In this document: piece after piece, positions 1 through 12,592 of the stretch
How positions within the stretch are numbered: position 1 is the first letter of the stretch
Layout of the letters: each line of letters begins with the position of its first letter
Source of the DNA: Octopus sinensis
Lineage: Eukaryota
Direction: 5' to 3'
Length of the DNA: 64,000 nt
Assembly (NCBI RefSeq): GCF_006345805.1
Contig: NC_043003.1
Coordinates: 806,001-870,000 of the forward strand
Made by a program: the position numbers and the translations under genes
Notes under the pieces: generated by a model
What the model was told of the DNA's origin: nothing
The model's database searches: none
Seen by the model: only the letters and a program-made list of their open reading frames with translations

Positions 1-161
1 TGTAAGCCTAGTACTTATTCTATCGGTCCCTTTTGCCGAACCACTAAGTGTTGGGATCGTAAACACACCAGCATCGGTTGTCAAGCGATCTTGGGGGACA
101 AACACAGACACACATACATATATATATATACATACATACATACATACATACATACGTACAT

Positions 162-192
<31 letters not shown>

Positions 193-353
193 TATATACG
201 ACGGGCTTCTTTCAGTTTCCATCTACCAAATCCACTCACAAGGCTTTGGTCAGCCCGAAGCTATAGTAGAAGGCACTTGCCCAAGGTGCCATGCAGTAGG
301 ACTGAACCCAGAACCATGTGGTTGGTAAGCAAGCTACTTACCACACAGCCACT
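1..353 (-). mobile_element. tRNA-derived SINE family A (octopus OK/CORE-like SINE), 3' end cut by window edge
   Basis: Minus strand reads AGTGGCTGTGTGGTAAGTAGC (A-box-like)...GGTTCAGTCC (B-box-like)...CACCTTGGGCAAGTG (CORE-like), internal TA/CA microsatellite, then tail TTGACAACCGATGCTGGTGTGTTTAC; >20 copies in window. Family name is from recall, not a search. Confidence 0.85.
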
Positions 354-355
354 CA

Positions 356-720
356 GGTGTGATCATGTGGTAAGAAGTTTGTTTTGCAACCATTGGTTCC
401 AGGTTCAGTCCCACTGCATGGCACTTTGGGCAAGTGTCTTCAACTATAGCTTCGGGCCATCCAAAGCCTTTGTGAATGTATTTGGCAGATGGAAAACTGA
501 AAGAAGCCAGTCGTGTGTGTGTGTGTGTTTCTCTTCCACCACTGCTTGACAGCTGATGTTGATGTGTTTATGTTCCTGCAACTTAGCAGTTCAGCAAAAG
601 TGACCAACAGAATACCAAGTTTACAAAATAAAAGTACCGGAGTTGATTCATTGAAGTAACATTCATCAAGGCAGTGCTGCAGCATGGCCACAGTCAAATA
701 ACTGAAACAAGAAAGACACA
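356..720 (+). mobile_element. SINE family A copy, head-to-head with the 1-353 copy
   Basis: GTGTGATCATGTGGTAAGAAG...GGTTCAGTCCCACTG...TTGGGCAAGTGTC...GCAGCATGGCCACAGTCAAATAACTGAAACAAG. Confidence 0.85.
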
Positions 721-1239
721 TACACACCCACAATACGCTTCTTTAAGATTCTGTCTCCGAAACTCACTTCCAACACTTTGGCCAGTCTAGAATCCCCAAA
801 CTGCTGTACAGTTGGAATGAAGAAATGAACCCGAGACCTCAAGGTTGGGAGGCAAGCTCCTTAACCACACAGCCAACCTATTCTTAGTGTATGTAAATAA
901 ACTGACATTCACATTATTTGTTTATGTTAGAGAGAATGGATAAACTCTGGCGGCCAATTCCAGCTAAACATGACAATCTACCAATGTTTATACATCAATA
1001 AAAGTGTATTTCAGTTTATTTCAATAAATACTCAACTCAAATCTCTGATCTCTTCATCAGTTCAGCTTTTTATTTATATGAGTAACTTTTTTTCCCTTTT
1101 CTTTTTTTCCCTGCCATTCTTTATCGTGTGTTTGTGTGTATGTGTGTGTTTGTGTGTGAGTGTGTGTTTGTCTGTGTTAATTTATATGTGTATTATCAAC
1201 GTTTTTGTGGTGCTGTGTATATGTTATGAGATAAGTTAG

Positions 1240-1365
1240 TTAGGATAGGGAGATAGACAGAGTGGCAGATAATAGAGTGTTAAGTAGACAGACAGACAGA
1301 TAGATAGAGAGAGAGAGAGAGAGATAGGCATATAGATAGATAGGCAGATAGATAGATAGATAGAT

Positions 1366-1399
<34 letters not shown>

Positions 1400-1497
1400 G
1401 CATATAGATAGATGGATGGATGGATGGATGGATAGATAGATAGATAGATGGATGGATGGATAGATAGATAGATAGGCATATAGATAGATAGATAGAT
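1240..1497. repeat. Compound (GATA)n/(GA)n/(GATG)n microsatellite
   Basis: Direct reading. Confidence 0.95.
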
Positions 1498-1685
1498 TGT
1501 GCGTGTGTAAGTGTGAAAAGTGAGAGAGAGTGGGAGGCAAGTGGTTGCAGAGTCAGAAATAATAGCCAAGATCTTAAAGCTAGATTTCAGTTAAACAATA
1601 CATATATATGTACACACACACACACACACACACACACTTACACACACCTATGTGTGTGTATTTAGATACACAAATACACACACAC

Positions 1686-1725
<40 letters not shown>

Positions 1726-1926
1726 GTTGCAAGGAATTTCAGAGTTGCAGAATTCCAGGCCAGCAGTCTAATGATAGCATTGCTAGAGATGGTGTGTGCA
1801 TTGGCAGAGAAGTGTGTGTGTGTGTGTGTGTAGATCTGTGTGGGTTGGTTGGCTCTCTTCAGTATATTAAAACAGCTGCTACGCAAACATTGACCCCCCT
1901 CCACTGCACATCAACCATCCACTCAC

Positions 1927-1944
1927 CTGGCTGCAGGTTGTTAA
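1927..1944 (-). CDS. Candidate 18-nt microexon of an unidentified minus-strand gene
   Basis: Minus strand: ...ttactttcatttctatgtttacctgtcagtttag|TTAACAACCTGCAGCCAG|gtgagt; pyrimidine-rich acceptor, consensus donor, length divisible by 3, open in phase 1 (xNNLQP). An alternative upstream AG gives 23 nt. Confidence 0.35.
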
Positions 1945-2199
1945 CTAAACTGACAGGTAAACATAGAAATGAAAGTAAAATCAGTCAGTAGCTACCCCCA
2001 CCCCCACCTCTCATCTCTCATCCGACTTCCAAGTCTCTCGATGCTTCTGCTTTCACTTTTAGTTTAGTCAGACTGTTGTTAATGGTAAGGAAAACGAAGA
2101 ATGAGGAATTGGTCTGGAATTTCGGATGGAATATTCACATGGACTTCTTAACAGGATGGCAGAGGGGGCAGAGAGGGTGCAACACAAAATCTAAAGTTC

Positions 2200-2247
<48 letters not shown>

Positions 2248-2510
2248 AGCAGCATTTTCATCATCATCGTTTGAACAGCTATTTTATGCCATGTTTGCAT
2301 AGACTGGAGAGAATTTGCTGAGATGGAGGTGGATTTTTATATTTATTGCTGGATGCCTTTACTATCACCAACCCTCACCTGTTTCCAAACATGGAGGTAT
2401 TCCCCCATGACCAGACATGTTTTCATGGAAGATTGGAAAAGTAGGACACTGCTTGTGTGCCAGTGACGCTCGTTTACATCCATCATGAGAAGTCATGGCA
2501 AGGAGACAAT

Positions 2511-2545
<35 letters not shown>

Positions 2546-4064
2546 TTATATGGTTTAGTCATGTGATGCAGAAGGATGCCAAATCAGACTGGAAGAGGCT
2601 GCTGCAGCTTGCCGGCCCTGGTCAAACTGTCCAACTCATGCCAGGATGGACAGCGGACATTAAATGATGATGATGATGATGATATACGATGGGTTTCTTT
2701 CAGTTTCTGTCTGTCAAATCCATTCACATAGCATGGGTCAGCCAGGAGCTAAAGTAGGAGACCCTTAACCAAGGTACTGCCATGCAGTGGGACCGAACCC
2801 AGAATCATGTGGTTGGGAAGCAAACTTCTTACCACACAGCCACAAAAACACCCATATGTGTGTGTGTTCGTTTGTATTTCCACACTGTTTGACAACCGGT
2901 GTTGGTTTGTTTATGCCCCCATGACTTAGTGGTTTGACGAAAGGGACCGATAGAGTAAGTACCAGAATTAATAAAGAATAAGTCCAGGGTTTGATTTGTT
3001 TGATTGAACCTTTCATGGCTGCACTCCAATGACTAAGTCGAATAAAAGATTAAAGATTTACTGAGGTAGTTTTCAAGACTGGTGCCATGGCAAAGCAGCA
3101 AAAGAATGCTGCTGTTCAAAGTGTTGAATGGTTTCAAGACTTTGGAATTGGATTTGTTTTGGTATTTCAAGGGATTTCTTTAGCATTATTATTTGTTGAA
3201 AGATTTGTAGATTTGGTGTGTGTCAGTTCTTTTAAAGTGTTACCGTGAAAGAGTTTTAGGGATTAAAAGCATCGAAATGGGTGAGTGTGTGTGTGTGTGT
3301 GACAGTGGGGTGTGAATAGGAAGACAGAAAGAGAGAGGGTAGGAGAGAGAGATAGAGCGAGGGAGGGAAACAGACAGAAACAAAGAAAGTAGGAGAGATA
3401 GGAGGGAAGGGAAGAGAGAGACAAACAGAGACAGACAGACAGAAAATGAGGGAGAACAAGGGGGAGTGGCAGATAGAAGGAGAAAGAGAACAAAATTGGT
3501 CAATGGAAGGTTGTGATTTCAAAATTCCTTGCAATCTCTTGGCTGAAGCCATATGTAAACATTTATAGGTAAACACTTTAAACATCTCGTAGAAACATAT
3601 CTAATTTATCTACTTTACATGGCAGTACAAACTCCCAATAAAAAAGGGTGGTTTTTAAACAGCATCATGAGCCCCTAGGCTAAGCAATGAGCTATGCTCT
3701 AGGGCTTCCACATATTCAACTTGCCACAATATACATAAAGTAGCATTGGGTCCCTAGAACCCAACTGGCTACTGTACTTCTATACCTTAAGACATCTCAA
3801 TAAGGCCACAACGAAAATCACAAAAGACACCCTGGGGCCAATTAGTCATTGTTTTATTGCATTCCATGCAGACCCCCCGCCCCCCACATCTCCAGTCATC
3901 TTGGGTTTTGAGCTTAGGCCCCGGCACATTCCCAGATTTCAGATTTTCTTCTTGGCTCTGCCTCCTCTTCCTTCATCCTTCTACTGGCACCCATTGTCTT
4001 AGGTATTTGTTCTTTTGGCAATTGGAAAACATGACCTGCAAGTCTTACTCTTCATTCCACCACA

Positions 4065-4109
<45 letters not shown>

Positions 4110-4611
4110 GCTGTACAGATCAGATTGGCTCTTCTCAGGACTTTAGAGTTTGTGATTCTGTCCCTGTGTGTAACCTTGAGTAGAGATGAATAAATTTGGT
4201 TTGCATCAGCAGATTTCATCAATGATATTATGCAAATTGAAGATGAACAGCTGACATGATAATGTCACGATAAGAGATATTGGTCGTGACTTTAAGAAGA
4301 CACACAACATCATGTTGAATCTGTGATATGAGAGTCAGAAGTGACAAAGCACAAAGTTTTGGCTGAAACCTGACCAACTTTGAATTCTCTTTTCACTATC
4401 AGGTTCTATGAAGCTTATTCACAACAATTTGTCTAAAACTAAAATATATGTAGATATGGTGTGGGTGCAGGGGCGGTTCAGAAGCTTGCTTCCAAACCAC
4501 ATGGTTTTTGGGTTCAGTCCCACAGTGTGGCACTTTCTATAATCCTGGGCTAACCAAGACCTAGCAAGTTAATTTGATAGATAGAAATTGAAAGAAGCCC
4601 AATGTGTATGA

Positions 4612-4663
<52 letters not shown>

Positions 4664-4666
<3 letters not shown>

Positions 4667-5082
4667 TTATAAAATGGAGGTGGAAACAGCAGAGCAGTAA
4701 ATTTAAAACATTTCAATTTAGAAAGAAATTAATAAAATGATTTTTTTTTTTTTTTGCTTATATAGAAAATAGAAACTACTTAATAAAATGATTTAAAATT
4801 TATATTTTATATATATAGAAAATAGAAAATATATTTTATATTTTATATATATATGCATAAAAAATTTTATAAAAAATTTATATTTTCTATATATATAAAA
4901 ATAAAATTTTAAAATCATTTTATTAAATATTTTATGTTTTCTATATATACAAAAAAAATTTTAAATCATCATCATCATCGTTTAACGTCTGTTTTCCATG
5001 CTAGCACAGGTTTAATTTCTTTCTAAATTGAAATGTTTTAAATTTACTTCTCTGCTGTTTCCAACTCCATCTTTTATAAATA
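4664..5082. repeat. AT-rich foldback (long imperfect palindrome) with a SINE-tail fragment inserted in the right arm
   Basis: GGAAACAGCAGAGCAGTAAATTTAAAACATTTCAATTTAGAAAGAAATT mirrored by AATTTCTTTCTAAATTGAAATGTTTTAAATTTACTTCTCTGCTGTTTCC; (CAT)n-GTTTAACGTC insert at about 4966-5012. Confidence 0.8.
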
Positions 5083-5146
5083 AAAATTTGATTTGAATAG
5101 ATCTCTAATCTCTTTTCAGCCTCTCTCTCTCTCTTTCTCTCTCATA

Positions 5147-5214
<68 letters not shown>

Positions 5215-5512
5215 GTGTGTATGGAACAAAAACACAATAGAGGACAAGAAAACATTCAGACAGATAGACAATACAAAGGTGGACAGGAGAAACAACAATT
5301 AGAAGGAGAGAAAAAAAAGACCGGGGGGGGGGGTCAATGGTGGCCTTCTTTCCTCAGTCAGGTTACCAGAAATCCTTACTGTTTCAAGCAGTTACACTTA
5401 AGATAGTTCGATCTGGTTGCCCCGAAAAGGGTTTAAGCTTAGAGCATTATATTTTTTGTAAGAAAGCTAGTGAATATGTGCGGCAACAAAGACAAAAAAC
5501 AGAGAACGTGGT

Positions 5513-5543
<31 letters not shown>

Positions 5544-5556
5544 GATAGATCTTAAT

Positions 5557-5594
5557 CCTTTCTGTGAAAGAGCATAGGCTCGAAACGTAAAAGA
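5557..5594 (+). ncRNA. Degenerate minimal hammerhead motif, family B (PLE-type remnant, about 5551-5685)
   Basis: CCTTT CTGTGAA A GAGC atag GCTC GAAA CG TA AAAGA; homologous to 23546-23583. Confidence 0.5.
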
Positions 5595-6215
5595 CTTTTC
5601 CATTTTTCCTGAGCATTAAACTAATACACTTGCTTGTTGTTCATACACCTGTCTTCGTCTTGTTTTTCTATAACTTCCAACTACATATATATATATATGT
5701 GTGTGTGTATATGTGCTCATGTGTGTGCCTGCCTGCTTTGACATCATGTGACAGTTGTAAACATGTATCACTGTCATGTACATGATGCTGCTTGTTTCCA
5801 ATCTTTCACAAAAAACATGTTTGGCCATGGGGCACTATCATGCAAGCAGGGTCTTTCATTACCAATCTTCTATGAAAGCATATCTGTTTATGGGGGAACA
5901 TTACCTTATTTGCAAACAGGTGAGTGTTGGCTACATGAAGAGCATCCAGCTGCAGAAATACCTGCTACAACAAATTCCATCTGACCCATGCAAGCAAGGA
6001 AAAGGGGACATTAAAAAGATGAGGATGATGATGATGATGATATGTAAGTGTCACCGCAACAACAGGATTATTAAAGAAATTCAAATTTTGAACTGGGTTA
6101 GCTAAAATGGTTCCCTGTCACTATAGTCCAGTGGTTCCACAGACCCCCGGTGGTCTACAAAAGTAGTACTGGGGGTCTGTGAACTAAATTCAAAATTTCA
6201 CACACACACACACAC

Positions 6216-6271
<56 letters not shown>

Positions 6272-6272
<1 letters not shown>

Positions 6273-6640
6273 GTCGTGGCTCTCTATCGGTTACGACGAC
6301 GGATGTTCTAGTTGATCTGATCAACAGAACAGCTTGCTCGTGAAATTAATGTGCAAGTGGCTGAGTACTCCACAGACACATGTACTCTTAATGTAGTTCT
6401 CAGGGAGAAACAGTGTGACAAGGTTGGCCCTTTGAAATACAGGTACAACAGAAACAGGAAGAAAGAGTGAGAGAAAGTTGTCGTGAAAGAGTACAGCAAG
6501 GTTCACCACCACCTTTGCCAGAGCCTCGTGGAGCTTTATGTGTTTTCGCCCAAACACTCACAGCACCCGGTCTGGGAATTGAAACCGCGACCCTATGATC
6601 ATGAGTCCACTGCCCTAACCACTGGGCATTGTACCTCCAC
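6272..6640 (-). mobile_element. tRNA-derived SINE family R1 (OR1-like), copy 1 of a tandem duplication
   Basis: Minus strand GAGGTACAATGCCCAGTGGTTAGGGCAG...GGTTTCAATTCCC head; tail GTGGAGTACTCAGCCACTTGCAC; homologous to 16427-16750 and 56856-57190. Confidence 0.85.
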
Positions 6641-6657
6641 TGTATATATATATATAT

Positions 6658-6728
<71 letters not shown>

Positions 6729-6729
<1 letters not shown>

Positions 6730-7097
6730 GTCGTGGCTCTCTATCGGTTACGACGACGGATGTTCTAGTTGATCTGATCAACAGAACAGCTTGCTCGTGA
6801 AATTAATGTGCAAGTGGCTGAGTACTCCACAGACACATGTACTCTTAATGTAGTTCTCAGGGAGAAACAGTGTGACAAGGTTGGCCCTTTGAAATACAGG
6901 TACAACAGAAACAGGAAGAAAGAGTGAGAGAAAGTTGTCGTGAAAGAGTACAGCAAGGTTCACCACCACCCCTTGCCAGAGCCTCGTGGAGCTTTATGTG
7001 TTTTCGCCCAAACACTCACAGCACCCGGTCTGGGAATTGAAACCGCGACCCTATGATCATGAGTCCACTGCCCTAACCACTGGGCATTGTACCTCCA

Positions 7098-7100
<3 letters not shown>
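6729..7100 (-). mobile_element. SINE family R1, copy 2 of a tandem duplication (period about 457 bp)
   Basis: Nearly identical to 6272-6640. Confidence 0.85.
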
Positions 7101-7135
<35 letters not shown>

Positions 7136-7271
7136 GTATATATATAAAGAAATAACTGAGATTCAGTTGAATTAGGTACTTAAGTTGAAGCACCAAGTCA
7201 GTCCGGTATTATCCACACAGCATGAAGTTAGGTGAATAAAATCAAAATAAGCAACAGGATATCATGTAGTG

Positions 7272-7359
7272 ATGCAGTATTACCATTTCATGTGGCTCCA
7301 TTTAATTGAACAATGCAATCATTACGTCAGTTTAAATGCAGTGCTATCTTCAGCTGCAC
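7272..7359 (-). ncRNA. Hammerhead-like motif with long stem II
   Basis: Minus strand GTGCAG CTGAAGA tagcactgCATTTAA...TTAAATGgagccacat GAAA tggtaa TA CTGCAT; 6-bp stem I and 7-bp inner stem II pair. Confidence 0.45.
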
Positions 7360-9927
7360 AAATGAATAAATAGAATTTTAACAAGTAGGACACATTAATA
7401 TAATTTTTCTCATATATAATATATATACATAAGGATAAGTATATTAAAAGGGATCTGTGGAAAAACTCATTTAAATAAAAGGGGTCCTCAGTAGTGAAAA
7501 GATTGGGGACCATTGCTATAGTCAAATGGCATATTTTTAGTGTGTCTGAGAAAATAATAATAATTGTGTGAGGTAAAGGGGAAGAGGGGAGTAATTTGTT
7601 TTTTTCTTCCATAACCCATAAAAAATGTTTTGAGCTTAGCATTGCAGACAAATAAAAGGTATTACAATTGTTAGCATGGCTGTGTGGTTAAAGAAGCTTG
7701 CTTTGCAACCACATGGTTTCAGGTTCAGTCCCACTGAGTGGCACATTGAGCAAATGTCTTGTATTTTAGCCCTCGGCCAATTAATGCTTTGTGAGTGAAT
7801 TTGGTAGACGGAAACTATGTGGAAGCCCATCATGTGTGTGTGTATGTGTGTGCATGCGTGTGTGTGGCTATGTGTTTGTCTCTCCTATGCTCCCACACTA
7901 TTTGGCAACTGGTGTTGGTTTGTTTATGTTTCTGTAACAGTTGTTTGACAAAAGAGATGGATACAATAAATAACAAACTTTAAAATAAGTGTGCCCCAAC
8001 ATGGTCGCAGTCCAATGAGTGAAACAAGTAAAAGATAAGGTCAATCAAAAAAAGCAAAAATAAATAAATAAATAGTAAGAGAAAGAATGTGATGGTCACA
8101 TTTGGAACATCTTTGATTACACATCAACAAGATAAAGAGCGACAGAGTTAAACTGGAGCTGACATATTCCACATCACAAAAAGCATAGAAAGAACAGTAA
8201 ATCTTTAGTCTTATAATTGAGATCAGAAGAATCTCTCATTGATAAAAGAAGCTCGAAGGACAGAACTGCGAAATGAGAAAAGGTTAAGAGAGAACAAGGT
8301 CAGCTTAAAGTGATTACAAGGGTTGAACATGACTGATTGAGTAAGAGAGGGAGGGCATGGGAGACGCAGACACATTGGCACAGGCATACGTACAGACACA
8401 CACACACACACACACGCACAGACACACATGCATGCGGGGTTTTAAATTGAAACATGTTTGTATAGTGAAGATGAAGTTTGTGGTTATGCAGTGAAAACGA
8501 TGTTAGTGTGTATATGTTGTCTTTGTGTATATGTATGCATTCATACATAAGCATATAAGCACACATATATACAGTGATATAGATGGATACATCTATATAA
8601 ACATCAATCCATCCCTCTGCCTGCCTGCCCATCTATCTACCTGTTTGTCAATTTAATTACCTACCTATAAATATGCAAACACGTATCTGTCTGTCTACCT
8701 ATCCATTTATCTATCCACGCATACATGAAAAGCAATATACATATACATTCATAGAGCTTGACATCTATACACATACACACACAGACACACTTGTACATAC
8801 ACATATACACTCACCATACAACATATATACAAGTGTGTTTGTGTGTGTTCAAGAACATTCTGTATAACATGTGACCTGACATTTTCATTAAGTGGAACAA
8901 TGGATTTGTGTATGTGTGACTCCCTGCCTGGCTGTTGTTCTCCCATCATGTACACTTATGTATGTATGTGTGTGTGTGTGCGTGCATTGTACCCTGTCCC
9001 CACCCCATAAACGTTTTCAGTTGTAACTGTTTTAATGGAAACCTTTCATCTTAATACAGAGTGAAAGATGCAACTCAGCACCTTATTAAAACCTTAACAC
9101 ATTCTCAAACCATTGACCACGTTTGAATTTGTAGACAAGAATAAAAACGCTGTTTCCATTTTCTTTTTCTTTATTTCATTTCGCAATTATTTCTCGTTAA
9201 CTTTGTCAATGTTCAGCCACCTCATTACATGAAATATGTTAACACAAATTTAATTATTTCTTTATATTTCAGATGGCATTTCTGCGTTATTCATTTCCTA
9301 TGAAATTCTAACGACACAGTCCTCCAGTCACTAGGAACTTGTCAAACCATCAAACACATGCCATCATTTAATGTCCCTTTTCCATGCTGGCATGGGTTGA
9401 ACAATTCAACAGGAGCCAGCAAGTTAAAGGATTGCCTTAAGCTCCAAGATCTGCTTCAGCATGGTTTCTACAGTTGGTTGTCCTTCCTAATGCCAACCAT
9501 TTTACCAAGTGTACTGGGTGCTTTTTACATGATTCTGGCACCAGTGAAGTTACCAAATAACCTGCAAGACAAAACCATCAACTTAACATTAAAAAAAGGA
9601 CGAGATTAGACAATAATAACTCGCCATGGCGTAGCAGACAAGAAGCTGCATGGAATATGATCAGGGACTAAAATCTTACACTACCAGGTGGATTTTGGGT
9701 GAGATCAAGAATAACAGTTCTCAAACAGCAAAATTCCAAGAAGTAATCCCCAGAATATTTGTGAGAATTTTTGCCTTCATGTTTCTTTGATGAATTTCTC
9801 TTTGAGCTGAAGAAATAAAACACCTTTGACCTGGTCAAAAAATGGAAAAGAAAATGGAAACAATGTCTTTATTCTTTTATACAAATCCAAGCCTGATCAA
9901 TGGTTTGATAATGTGCTAGGGTTTTAA

Positions 9928-10147
9928 CCCTTTCATTACTGTATTTCTGTTGAGATGCTCTGTGTTTCTTTCAATTACTTTAAATATAACAAAGAATTTA
10001 GTAAAATGACTTAGTTATCATTAAGCTAGTTTTAGGAACATAAATTGTGACTAATGTTTGGTGGAAGATTTTAATTCAAAACTTTTGAAAACAAGACATT
10101 TGTATTCAGAGCCAGAGGCAGTTTTAGCTGGGTTGGTATTGAAAGGA
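9928..10147. mobile_element. piggyBac-like MITE
   Basis: TTAA|CCCTTTCATTAC...GTATTGAAAGGA|TTAA. Confidence 0.7.
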
Positions 10148-10530
10148 TTAATAAAGGGTGCTGAGTTTCAACTTTCACTCTATAGAAAGGTTTTCATTAA
10201 AACGGTTCCAACTGAAAGTTGTTCTGCTTCATGATTTACTTCCAGCTTTTAACATTTGCCCAGGAACCAGAAATATATACTGTCTGCATTTATTTTTTAC
10301 TTGTTTTAGTCGTGGACTGTGACCATGCTGGGGCATTACCTCGAAGGGTTTTTAGTTGAACAAATCAAGCCCAATACTTGCATATTAAGCCTGGTACTAA
10401 TTCAATCGGTCTAAGTTATGGGGACATAAACTGATTGTCAGTCAGTAGTGGATGACAAAAACACACACACACACAGACACACACACGTGCACGCACGTGC
10501 TAGTTTACAGTTCCATTAAGATAGGATCAA

Positions 10531-10598
10531 CAATATGGCATAGTGGTTAAGAGCACGGGCTACAAACCCAAGATTACCAGTTTGATTCCAGGCAGTGA

Positions 10599-10658
<60 letters not shown>

Positions 10659-10832
10659 CATTGAAAAATACCTTAGGAATGAGAACCCAGGTTCAAAATT
10701 TCCCCAAGACACCTGATGAAGGCTGGAGGGTATATCAGCCGAAACATTGTGTTAACAACAAACAAGATGAGGACAAATATCCATCAAATGTAAATAATGT
10801 AAATAATTCCTCATTTCTTGAATATAGAACTG
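10531..10832 (+). mobile_element. tRNA-like head + (AAT)n + hammerhead cassette (family A PLE-derived, SINE-like element)
   Basis: A box TGGCATAGTGG 10536-10546, B-box-like GTTTGATTCC 10580-10589, (AAT)n about 10603-10655, HHR 10708-10753; homologous to 28321-28485 and 14834-14948. Confidence 0.7.
10708..10753 (+). ncRNA. Minimal type-I hammerhead ribozyme motif, family A
   Basis: GACAC CTGATGA A GGCTG gagggtatat CAGCC GAAA CA TT GTGTT; stem I GACAC/GUGUU and stem II GGCUG/CAGCC pair; the copy at 14848-14893 keeps CG in the stem III position. Confidence 0.75.
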
Positions 10833-11708
10833 AGCAAAAAAGCACTCCATCTGGTGAGAGATAAATGCCATTTATTGTAGACAGTATAAAGGAGAAGAGC
10901 CGCAAATAGTTTCTTGCCGTGAAGATACGTGGCCAGGAAGGCTTTTCTAATGTGCCGTGTGTCTCTAAGCGATATTTGGGCTCTGAGTGCATGGTCGGTT
11001 CTGTTTGAAAATCAGGAGTAATGTGATGGCAAATGATGACATAAAATGATTGCTGCATACAAATAAGGACCAGGTTGAATTTGTGTCTAAACTCCATATT
11101 TAAATGCAAGGAAGTGATGGTTGCCTGAATGAGAATTGGCTGAAGGCAACGTATTAGTCAAGATGGTATGTGGAGATTAGAATGTGAGTGTATTTCTCCC
11201 TGGTTTTCAGTGTTCGTTTGTTTATGTCCCCGTAACTTCATGGTTTTGTGTATTTCTCCTGAACTGTTTTTCAATCAGTGTTGGTTTATTTATGTCCCCG
11301 TAACTCAGCTGTTTGGCAAAAGGGGCCAGTCATGCCAGATATATAGGGTGGTAGTAATACAAAAAAAAACCCAGAATCCATTTCTTTGCTAATTGTCCCC
11401 ATCACCATCAACATTGCTGTTATCATCATCATCATCATCATCATCGCTTAATAGTCTTTAGTATGAAACATATTAACCCTCAGCCTCCCTGCTCCCCCTT
11501 CGTCACCCCCCTCCCATTCTTTCTACTTAACAGCATCTGCAAAGTATAACCAATATATTAGTAATATGGAATGGCTTCATACAGAGCCAACCTAAATAAC
11601 ACACACACATAAGTGCACATTACATGTATATATGTATGTATGTATATATATTTGTATTCATATATGTATATATATACACACACACACATATGTATACACA
11701 TGCACACA

Positions 11709-11753
<45 letters not shown>

Positions 11754-11794
11754 CATAAACACACATATGTATATATATATATATATAAACACAC

Positions 11795-11827
<33 letters not shown>

Positions 11828-12214
11828 TATGTACATATGTATATACACATGTACATATGTATATACACACATATATATACGTATACACACATACATATGT
11901 GTATATACACACACACATCTTAATTAATCAGGATTCAGAGTAGAACTACCATGCTGATGAGGAAATAGCTAATTAAAATAGCAATCTTTGTGGGGCGATT
12001 GGTAGGCGGGGTATGAGTGAGGGGGGGGGGGGCAGCACATGTAGCGTATGTATTTCATGCATATACTCGCATGCACATACACACACACACATATATATAT
12101 ACATGAACACGTAGCACACAAATCTATATATGCACACTTACAGGTACATTTGCACACATTTACACATATATATACATACATTGTGTATGTATGTGAGTGT
12201 GTGTGTATGTGCTC

Positions 12215-12592
12215 TTTTATTCTTTTATTTGTTTCAGTCAGTTGACTGTGGCCATGCTGCAGCACCGCCTTAAAGAGTTTAGTCACAGAAATCGACCCCA
12301 GAACTTATTCTAATGGTCCCTTTTGCTGAACCACCAAGTTACAGGGACATAAACACACCAGCATCGGTTGTTAAGAGATGGTGAGGGGGACAAACAGACA
12401 CACAAACACATAAATATATACATATATATATGATGGGCTTCTTTTCAGTTTCCATCTACCAAATCCACTCACAAAGCTTTGGCTGGCCTGGGGCTATAGT
12501 AGAAGACACCTGCCCGAGGTGCCACGCAATGGGACTGAACCAGGAACCATGTGGTTGGGAAGCCAGCTTCTTACCACACAGCCATGCCTACG
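12215..12592 (-). mobile_element. SINE family A, full-length copy
   Basis: Same head, CORE-like segment and tail as 1-353. Further copies at about 7672-8040(+), 13930-14287(-), 20730-21095(-), 25965-26340(-), 32115-32385(+), 38430-38780(-), 38965-39590(+), 41015-41455(-), 54440-54830(-), 58535-58903(-), 63420-63603(+). Confidence 0.85.

Larger units (their letters stand above)
6129..7515. mobile_element. hAT-like (Charlie-type) MITE carrying nested insertions
   Basis: Termini CAGTGGTTCC.../...GGGACCATTG; perfect 8-bp TSD CTATAGTC at 6121-6128 and 7516-7523. Confidence 0.8.

Noticed and set aside
5215-5510. Repeat shared with 29400-29610 as another ribozyme family
   Set aside because: Homology and a GAAAC.GTA segment are visible, but no CUGANGA in pairing register could be found.
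10536-10600. Genuine tRNA genes at SINE heads (also 16437, 28326, 32566, 56856)
   Set aside because: A/B boxes are present, but no convincing acceptor stem or oligo-T terminator, and each continues into repeat body.
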